In this document: one piece after another, positions 1 through 6,912 of the stretch
Numbering within the stretch: position 1 is the first letter of the stretch
How the letters are laid out: each line of letters opens with the position of its first letter
DNA from: Roseiarcus sp.
GTDB lineage: Bacteria > Pseudomonadota > Alphaproteobacteria > Rhizobiales > Beijerinckiaceae
Assembly (NCBI GenBank): GCA_052147395.1
Contig: JBKQKS010000082.1
Coordinates: 640 to 64,639, forward strand
Length of the DNA: 64,000 nucleotides
Direction: 5' to 3'
Notes under the pieces: model-generated
Seen by the model: the letters and a program-made list of their open reading frames with translations, nothing else
What the model was told of the DNA's origin: nothing
Databases searched by the model: none
Program-made: the position numbers and the translations under genes

Positions 1-442
1 CAAGGAGAGCGCGACGGTGAAGCCCGGCGACCTCGTCGTCGCCTATGATTGCGAGGGCATCACGGTCGGCTGCGCGATCTGCTACGACCTGCGCTTTCCC
101 GGCCTGTTCCAGGCGCTCGCCGACAAGGGGGCGCAGGTGATCGCGCTGCCCGCGGCGTTCACCATGCAGACCGGCAAGGACCATTGGGAGGTGCTGCTGC
201 GCGCCCGGGCGATCGAAACGCAAACCTATGTCTGCGCCAGCGCGCAGACGGGGACTTTCGCCGTCAACAACGAGACCCGCGCCACCTACGGTCATTCGCT
301 GATCGCCGACCCCTGGGGTCTCGTCGTCGCCAAGGCGTCCGACGGCGTCGGCGTAGTCTCGACGCGGCTCGACATGGCGCAGGTGAAGCGGGTGCGGCAG
401 TTGATCCCCGTCGCCGAGCACAAGCGCCCGCTCGGCGGGTGA
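1..442 (+). CDS. carbon-nitrogen hydrolase (nitrilase superfamily), C-terminal part; 5' end lies outside the window
   Basis: The frame is open to the window edge (listed ORF 17..442). It contains 'CAICYDLRFPGLF' (catalytic-Cys region) and 'YGHSLIADPWG', both typical of CN-hydrolases. Confidence 0.8.
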   Translation, partial: KESATVKPGDLVVAYDCEGITVGCAICYDLRFPGLFQALADKGAQVIALPAAFTMQTGKDHWEVLLRARAIETQTYVCASAQTGTFAVNNETRATYGHSLIADPWGLVVAKASDGVGVVSTRLDMAQVKRVRQLIPVAEHKRPLGG

Positions 443-507
443 GCGACCCCTGGATCGCCCTCGCAACGCCCCCATCGACCAGGGACCACACGGGATCGGA
501 CGCGGGT

Positions 508-759
508 TCAATTGCCGACGCCGAGGCTGTGTGCGGGCGTCGGGTGGTCGTAGCGGCCCATGTATTGGCTTCCGTAACCGTAGCCCGCGCGGGCGTCGAA
601 CAGTTCGAGTTTGTCGAGCTTCTCTTTCGAGAGGCTCGCGCCAACGGTCCTGGCGGCGATCGCCGGATTGGCCGCGAGGGCGGCGGCGACGCGCGGCCCG
701 CGGCGCTGGCGTCCGTCAAGGCGCCGATGGGCGCGCAATTCGTCCACGAAGTTCGCCAT
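508..759 (-). CDS. hypothetical small protein (about 83 aa from the internal ATG; the TTG at 774 is an alternative start)
   Basis: ORF 508..774. Third-codon-position GC is high on this strand when read by eye. I recognise no motif. Confidence 0.4.
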   Translation of the reverse strand: MANFVDELRAHRRLDGRQRRGPRVAAALAANPAIAARTVGASLSKEKLDKLELFDARAGYGYGSQYMGRYDHPTPAHSLGVGN

Positions 760-925
760 CGCCGACGAGGCCAACGCGTCGCCGGTCGCTGGCGCCCGAC
801 CTCACCCGGACACGCGGGGGCGAAACTCCTAGATCTTGGCAAAATTGTGGCGACGTTCGCCGATGGCTTCCTGTCCGCAATGATATATAGTTGGTCCTGC
901 TGACCGATATCGATCCGCGGAGCCC

Positions 926-1612
926 ATGAGTCAAATCCGACAGATTCTGATTGTCGACGACGATCAAGACCTGAGAACGGCGCTGAGCGAACAACTCTCG
1001 CTGCAGGCCGAGTTCGAAATCGCGCAGGCGTCGACGGCTACGGCGGCCATTCGAACGATCGCCGAATGCCCGCCGGACCTCGTCATCATGGATGTGGGGC
1101 TTCCAGATCTCGACGGCCGCCAAGCCGTCAGACAGTTGCGTGCGGACGGCTTCAAGCGTCCGATCATTCTGTTGACGGGGCGCGATTCGGAGGCCGACAC
1201 GGTCTTTGGGCTCGAGTCCGGCGCCAATGACTACGTCGTGAAGCCGTTTCGTTTCGCCGTGCTGCTGGCGCGGATTCGTGTGCAATTGCGACAACTCGAT
1301 GCGAGCGAGGAGGCCGAGTTCCAAATTGGGCCCTACGCGTTCCGGCCGGCCATGAAGCTGCTGGTCGATGCCAAGGGCGCCAGATTGAAGTTGACCGAAA
1401 AGGAGGCCGCCATCCTCCGCTTTCTGCATCGCGCCAATCGCGAGCCGGTGCCGCGCGAGACTCTCCTTCGCGAGGTCTGGGGCTACAACGCCAACGTCAC
1501 GACCCATACGCTGGAAACGCACATCTACAGACTGAGACAGAAGATCGAAGACAATCCGGCGGAGGCCAAATTGCTCGTGACCGACGGCGGCGGCTACCGG
1601 CTGCTGCCATGA
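926..1612 (+). CDS. OmpR-family two-component response regulator (receiver + winged-helix); no kinase gene is adjacent
   Basis: Receiver motifs 'ILIVDDD' and 'DLVIMDVGLPDLDG'. C-terminal wHTH 'VTTHTLETHIYRLRQKIE'. Confidence 0.9.
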   Translation: MSQIRQILIVDDDQDLRTALSEQLSLQAEFEIAQASTATAAIRTIAECPPDLVIMDVGLPDLDGRQAVRQLRADGFKRPIILLTGRDSEADTVFGLESGANDYVVKPFRFAVLLARIRVQLRQLDASEEAEFQIGPYAFRPAMKLLVDAKGARLKLTEKEAAILRFLHRANREPVPRETLLREVWGYNANVTTHTLETHIYRLRQKIEDNPAEAKLLVTDGGGYRLLP

Positions 1613-1635
1613 AGCGTGCTTCGGGACCTCTCTCC

Positions 1636-1660
1636 CCGCGCGCAAAAGTTTTGCGCGCGG
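1636..1660 (+). terminator. GC-rich perfect palindrome/hairpin 24 nt after the response-regulator stop (possible terminator or protein-binding site)
   Basis: CCGCGCGCAAAA-G-TTTTGCGCGCGG, 12-1-12 perfect inverted repeat. No U-tract follows on the + strand. Confidence 0.35.
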
Positions 1661-1752
1661 CTATTCGCCGCACTCGAGAGGCGCTATAATCGCCGTTGCC
1701 CTCATCGGTGTAGCCACGGCGCCGGTGAGGGACTTTCGCGGACATCACTTGA

Positions 1753-1771
1753 GAGAGGTCAATGACCTCTC
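1753..1771. promoter_or_regulatory. 9-1-9 perfect palindrome upstream of the PFOR-like gene (candidate operator)
   Basis: GAGAGGTCA-A-TGACCTCTC, about 160 nt upstream of the ATG at 1930. Confidence 0.25.
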
Positions 1772-1929
1772 GGGGCCGCGGGGATTTAAGCGGACCAACG
1801 TGACCTAGCCATTCCAGAAGAAGGCGAGGATACGCACCGGCGGAAACGACCACGCGATAGTATGGCGGCCCAAATCGCGGGCGCGCCATGAGCGTGGCGT
1901 TGCTGCGCGCAGATCCTCGGGGCATCAAG

Positions 1930-4900
1930 ATGAGCGTCAAATATCCTGGACATCCAACCGTTATTCACGGCAACGGCGCCGTCGCCGAAGTCATGGGCCA
2001 TGTGTGTGGCGGAGTGATCGGCTATCCGATTACCCCTTCAACCGAGATTTCCGAGATTTACGAGGCGTTCCGGGCCAACGGCGGCTGCAACGTCTGGGAT
2101 AAGCATCCATTCTTCTTCGAGCCCGAGGGCGAGCACTCGGCGCAGAGCGGCGCGCTGGGCGCGGCGCTGACCGGCGGCAAATACGTATCGAATGCTTCAT
2201 CCAGCCAGGGCATTCTTTATGGAATGGAGTCGCATTACGTAACTGTCGGCAAGAAAGTCGGCGGTTTTGTTTTGCATATCGCTGCGCGCGTGGTCTCCAA
2301 ACATTCGTTGAACGTGATGGCGGGCCATGACGACGTCTATGCGCTGCTGCCCTCCGGCTACACGGTCCTGTTCGGCAGCAACGCCCAGGAAGCCGCCGAC
2401 CTCGCCGCGATGTCCTACAAGCTCAGCGCGTTGTCGCTGATTCCGGTCGCCAACGCGATGGACGGCTTCGCCACCAGCCACATGATGCAGGAAGCGCGGA
2501 TGCCGGAGCCCGCGCTGTTGCGCGAGTTCCTCGGCGACCCCGCGGGGCGCATCAAATGCCCGACGGTCGCCCAGGAAATGCTGTTCGCCGCCAAAGGCCG
2601 CGTGTTCCAGCTTCGTCAGTATCTGACCCGGCGCGCGCAGGATTTCGCCGACGGCGCCGGCGCCGAACTCAGGGCTTTCCTCGACGCCAACGAAGAGGCG
2701 ATCGAGCGCGACGGCGAAGGCGCGCTGGTCGAGCGGACGCTCGAATTCGTGCCCGAGGAATTGCACGCGCAATGGCGTCGCCAGTGGCTCAACGCGTTCG
2801 AAAAAGGCACGCGCCAGCGCGTGCCGGCGCTGGTCGACGTGCACAATCCCGGCGTCACCGGAGGCGTGCAGAACCAGCCGGACTTCCAGGCCGGCACGGT
2901 CGACCATCGCACCCATTTCGTCAGCGAAGTGCCGCATCTGGCGCGCGAGGTGATGGCGGAATATTCGGCGCTGACGGGACGCGAATACCGTCCGATCATG
3001 ACTTACATGTGCGACGACGCCGAGACGGTGATGTTGGGCCTCGGCTCCGTCACCGACGACGCCCAAGCAGTCGCCGCCTATCTGCGCGGCCAGGGCAAGA
3101 AGGTTGGCGTCATCTCGGTCAAGTTGCTGCAGCCGTTCCCCGAGGGTGAGCTCGTCGCCGCGCTCGCCGGCAAGAAAGCCGTCACGGTGCTCGAGCGCTC
3201 CGACGACACCGCGCTCACCGGGCTGGTGAGCCAGGCGCTGTTCAAGGCGCGCGAGAATATCGGCGGCGCGCGCCATGCGGACATTCCCCCGCTCGCCGAC
3301 GCGCCCAAGGTGACCACGGCGATCTTCGGTCTCGGCGCGCACGATTTGCAGCCGCGCCACCTCGTCGCCGCCTTCGAGAACATGGCGACCCGCAACTCGC
3401 CGTTCGTCTATCTCGGCTCGCAGTTCTTCTCCAAGAATCCGACGCCGCACATGGCGGAACTGCAGGCGAAGTTGAAGGCGGCTTACGCCGAGACCGAGCT
3501 GATGCAGCTGGACACGGCGCCCAATCCCAACCTGCTGCCAGACGGCGGGTTCCGCATCCGCTTCCATTCGGTCGGCGGCTACGGCACGATCGCCACCGGC
3601 AAGCTGCTCACCGACATCCTCGCCGGCGTGCTCGATCTGCACTCCAAGGCCGCGCCCAAGTACGGCTCGGAAAAGAGCGGCGCGCCGACCAACTATTACA
3701 TCACGCTGAGCCCCGAGCCGGTGCTGCTCACCAACGCCGACCTCGAGGATGTCGAGATCGTTGTCTCGCCCGACCACAGAGTGTTCGCCCACAGCAATCC
3801 GCTACGCGGTCTGGTGGAAGGCGGGACATTCATCCTGCAATCGAGCCTGTCGCCGCTGGAGGTGTGGAAGGACCTGCCCCCGCAGGCGCGCAAGACCATA
3901 CGCGACAAGAAGATCACACTCTACGTGCTCGACGGTTTCGCCGTCGCCAAGCGCCATGCGCCGCGTCCCGAGCTCGAAACCCGCATGATGGGCATCGCCT
4001 TCATCGGCGCGGTGTGCGGCAACTGCACCCAGGTCACCGCCGGCGCAGCCTCCGCGGCGGTGCTGAAGAAGATTCGCTCGCAGATTTCCAAGAAATTCGG
4101 CGCCAAGGGCGGTGCGGTGGTCGAAGGCAACATGGCGGTGATCGAAGACGGGTTGGCCGCGACCCAGCGCGTCGACTACGAGGCGCCGGAATTCGCCGCC
4201 GCCGAGGCCGCCGCCTCGCAGCGGCCGAGTGGCCCCACGATCGCGCTGTCGGCGGCGTTCTGCCGAGTCAATTCGCCTGCGCCGAGCGGTTTCCTCGACG
4301 GCGATTATTTCGACGACGTCTACGCCAACGCGTTCCGTGAAGGCACGATCGCCGAGGCCCCGGTGCTGCCGGGCGTGGGCCTGTTCCTGCCGGCGGCCAG
4401 CGCCGCGCTCAAGGACAAGGGCCTGTTCCGCCTCAAAGCGCCGGAATTCGTCGCCGATCTCTGCACCGGCTGCATGGAATGCGCGATCACCTGCCCGGAC
4501 GCCGCGATCCCGAACTCCGCGCACGACATGAGCGATCTCGTCGGCACGGCGATCGGGCAGCTCGACATCGCCGAGTCGCAGCGCAAGGCGTTGCGCGCGC
4601 TGGCGCCGGACCTCGTCGCCGCCGTGCGCGAAAGCTATCGCCACGAGAAGAGCCCGGGCGCATTCCACGAGATGGTCGCCAAGGCCGGCGAAGGCCTCGA
4701 CGTCGAGAACCCGGTCGTGCGCAGCAACCTGCGCAAGCTCGCCAATGCGCTGATCACCTTCCCCGTCGCCAAGACCCGGCCGTTCTTCGACGCCGCGGAG
4801 AGCGCCAAGCCCGGCAGCGGCGGCCTGTTCTCGGCGGTCGTCGATCCCTGGAAGTGCACCGGCTGCCTCGAGTGTGTCGATGTCTGCGGTCCGCACGCGC

Positions 4901-6912
4901 TCGTCGAGCGCGAGCAGACTTCCGAGCTGTTGGAGACTCTGCAAGCGCGGTTCGAGTTCTTGAGCCGCACTTCGAACACGCCGGCGCGCTTCGTCGAAGG
5001 GGCCGTCAAGCCCGACGGCGACGTCAAGCGCCTGTTGCTGGACCGCCACAACTATTACGCCACCACCGGCGGCCACGGCGCCTGCCGCGGCTGCGGCGAG
5101 GTCACGGCGATCCGCCTGATCACCGCCACCAACCATGCGATCCACGACAAGCGGCGGCGCGACCACATCCACCAGGTCGAGGGCCTCGTTGCGGGTCTGC
5201 AGGCGAAACTGCCGTCGCTGCAGAACACCGATGAGGATCCCTATCGGCGCCAGCGCATCGCGACCACCCTCTCCACGTTGGAGACCGAGCTCTATCAGCT
5301 CGAAAGCGGGCCACGCGGCGAAGGGCCGGCGACCGCGGTCATCGCCAACGCGACCGGCTGCAGCAGCGTTTATGCCTCGACCTTCCCGTTCAATCCCTAC
5401 ACCGATCCCTGGGTCAACAGCCTGTTCCAGGACACGCCGGCGGTCGCCAAGGGCATCTTCGAGGGCTTGAGCGCCGATGCGACGACCAATGTGCGGGCGC
5501 GTCGCATCGCCAAGCTGGAGCTCGACGACGATTACGATCCGCAAGTTCACGACAAGGCGCTGCGCACGCTGAGCTGGGCGGACTTCACGCACGACGAAAT
5601 GGGGCTGCTGCCGACCGTCATCAGCATGGGCGGCGACGGGGCGACCTACGACATCGGTTTCGGCGCGCTGTCGCGCGTGCTCTCGACCTCGACGCCGATC
5701 AAGGTGGTGGTGCTCAATACCGGGGCCTATTCGAACACCGGCGGACAGGCCTCGACCGCGAGCCTGATGGGGCAGGACTCCGATCTCGCCCGCTTCGGCG
5801 CCGCGCATTCCGGCAAGACGGAGCGGCGAAAGGAGCTCGCGCTCATCGCCGCTTTCCACCCCAACGTCTACGTGGTGCAGAGCAGCGCCGCCGTGCAGGG
5901 CCATTTCCTCAAGCACGTCGTCGAGTTCCTCGAGCGCAGCGACGCGCCGGCGGTGCTCGACGTCTACACGCCCTGCCAGGGCGAACAGGGCCTCAGCGAC
6001 CCGCTTGCCAATCGCCACGGCCGCCTCGCCGTCGAAAGCCGCATGAGCCCAGTGTTCGTTTACGATCCGCGCCGCGGCGGCGATCTACATACGAGGTTCT
6101 CGCTGGAGGGCAATCCCAACATCGATCGGGACTGGGCGACGACGACGATCGAATATGTCGAGAACGGCGCCACCAAGCTGATGGACGTTCCGATGACGCC
6201 GGCCGACTTCGCGCTGACCGAAGGCCGGTTCAAGAAGCACTTCCATATGCTGCCGGCCGGCGCCGAGGGCGTCCCGATCCGGGAATACGTCGAGCTCGGC
6301 GCCGCCGAGCGGCAGGGCAAGACGCCGTTCGTGTGGTCGATCGACGATGACAAACATCTCGTCAAGATCGAAGTCTCGCCTACCGTAGTCGACCTCGTCG
6401 AGGAGCGGCGGCGCAATTGGCGCACTCTGCAATATCTCGCCGGACTCGACGTCGAGAAACTCGACTCCGAGCATCACGCCGAGGTCGACGCTTTGCGTCG
6501 GCAGTACAAGGAAGCGGTGGATGCGCGCGAATCGTCGCTCGACTCGATCGCCCGCGCGATGTCCGAACTCGCCGCGTCGACCAAGGCGCCGCCGGCGAGC
6601 GGCCTCGGGGCGGCCTTCACTCCGGCGCCCAGCACGGCGCCTGCGGCGGCCCCGGCGGCGGCGGGCGGCGCCGACGGCGCCGCTCTGACCTACGCCGAGG
6701 CCGACGTCGTCAAATGCAGCAACTGCAAGACGTGCTATCAGGAATTGCCCGAGCTGTTCGAGAAGAGCCGCGTCGTCGTCGACGGCGAGGCCAAAGAAGT
6801 CGGGCATTTGATCGCGGGGGCGCTGGCGCGCGTAAAAGTCACGCCGGAGTTGAAGGCCAAGATCGCACGTGTCGCCGCCAATTGTGACGCGGAGATCATC
6901 CATGCCAGCTGA
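1930..6912 (+). CDS. giant pyruvate/2-oxoacid:ferredoxin oxidoreductase-like protein (about 1660 aa) with a C-terminal Ala/Pro linker and a ferredoxin-like CxxCxxC domain
   Basis: N-terminus 'HGNGAVAEV...GYPITPSTEISE' (PFOR domain I). Gamma domain 'FHSVGGYGTIATGK'. Two ferredoxin motifs, 'CTGCMECAITCPDAAIP' and 'CTGCLECVDVCGPHA'. TPP domain 'GGDGATYDIGFGALSRVL...VLNTGAYSNTGGQAS'. Tail 'APSTAPAAAPAAAGG' followed by 'VKCSNCKTCYQELPELFE...ANCDAE'. I chose the start at the internal ATG 1930 (listed ORF starts at 1888) because it gives a typical PFOR N-terminus. Confidence 0.9.
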   Translation: MSVKYPGHPTVIHGNGAVAEVMGHVCGGVIGYPITPSTEISEIYEAFRANGGCNVWDKHPFFFEPEGEHSAQSGALGAALTGGKYVSNASSSQGILYGMESHYVTVGKKVGGFVLHIAARVVSKHSLNVMAGHDDVYALLPSGYTVLFGSNAQEAADLAAMSYKLSALSLIPVANAMDGFATSHMMQEARMPEPALLREFLGDPAGRIKCPTVAQEMLFAAKGRVFQLRQYLTRRAQDFADGAGAELRAFLDANEEAIERDGEGALVERTLEFVPEELHAQWRRQWLNAFEKGTRQRVPALVDVHNPGVTGGVQNQPDFQAGTVDHRTHFVSEVPHLAREVMAEYSALTGREYRPIMTYMCDDAETVMLGLGSVTDDAQAVAAYLRGQGKKVGVISVKLLQPFPEGELVAALAGKKAVTVLERSDDTALTGLVSQALFKARENIGGARHADIPPLADAPKVTTAIFGLGAHDLQPRHLVAAFENMATRNSPFVYLGSQFFSKNPTPHMAELQAKLKAAYAETELMQLDTAPNPNLLPDGGFRIRFHSVGGYGTIATGKLLTDILAGVLDLHSKAAPKYGSEKSGAPTNYYITLSPEPVLLTNADLEDVEIVVSPDHRVFAHSNPLRGLVEGGTFILQSSLSPLEVWKDLPPQARKTIRDKKITLYVLDGFAVAKRHAPRPELETRMMGIAFIGAVCGNCTQVTAGAASAAVLKKIRSQISKKFGAKGGAVVEGNMAVIEDGLAATQRVDYEAPEFAAAEAAASQRPSGPTIALSAAFCRVNSPAPSGFLDGDYFDDVYANAFREGTIAEAPVLPGVGLFLPAASAALKDKGLFRLKAPEFVADLCTGCMECAITCPDAAIPNSAHDMSDLVGTAIGQLDIAESQRKALRALAPDLVAAVRESYRHEKSPGAFHEMVAKAGEGLDVENPVVRSNLRKLANALITFPVAKTRPFFDAAESAKPGSGGLFSAVVDPWKCTGCLECVDVCGPHALVEREQTSELLETLQARFEFLSRTSNTPARFVEGAVKPDGDVKRLLLDRHNYYATTGGHGACRGCGEVTAIRLITATNHAIHDKRRRDHIHQVEGLVAGLQAKLPSLQNTDEDPYRRQRIATTLSTLETELYQLESGPRGEGPATAVIANATGCSSVYASTFPFNPYTDPWVNSLFQDTPAVAKGIFEGLSADATTNVRARRIAKLELDDDYDPQVHDKALRTLSWADFTHDEMGLLPTVISMGGDGATYDIGFGALSRVLSTSTPIKVVVLNTGAYSNTGGQASTASLMGQDSDLARFGAAHSGKTERRKELALIAAFHPNVYVVQSSAAVQGHFLKHVVEFLERSDAPAVLDVYTPCQGEQGLSDPLANRHGRLAVESRMSPVFVYDPRRGGDLHTRFSLEGNPNIDRDWATTTIEYVENGATKLMDVPMTPADFALTEGRFKKHFHMLPAGAEGVPIREYVELGAAERQGKTPFVWSIDDDKHLVKIEVSPTVVDLVEERRRNWRTLQYLAGLDVEKLDSEHHAEVDALRRQYKEAVDARESSLDSIARAMSELAASTKAPPASGLGAAFTPAPSTAPAAAPAAAGGADGAALTYAEADVVKCSNCKTCYQELPELFEKSRVVVDGEAKEVGHLIAGALARVKVTPELKAKIARVAANCDAEIIHAS

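Noticed and set aside
1871-1886. Sigma-54-like '-24/-12' element 'TGGCGGCCCAAATCGC' upstream of PFOR
   Set aside because: The GG-to-GC spacing and the -12 'TTGC' do not fit the TGGCAC-N5-TTGC consensus.
2197-6018. Long antisense ORFs (2197..3792 and 3802..6018, minus strand) opposite the PFOR gene. Similar cases are 7886..9415, 25784..28411, 41779..43773, 45420..47447 and 56643..58445.
   Set aside because: They have the typical high-GC shadow composition (Arg/Ala/Gly/Asp/His-rich, no motifs). Each lies opposite or out of frame to a gene with strong family signatures.
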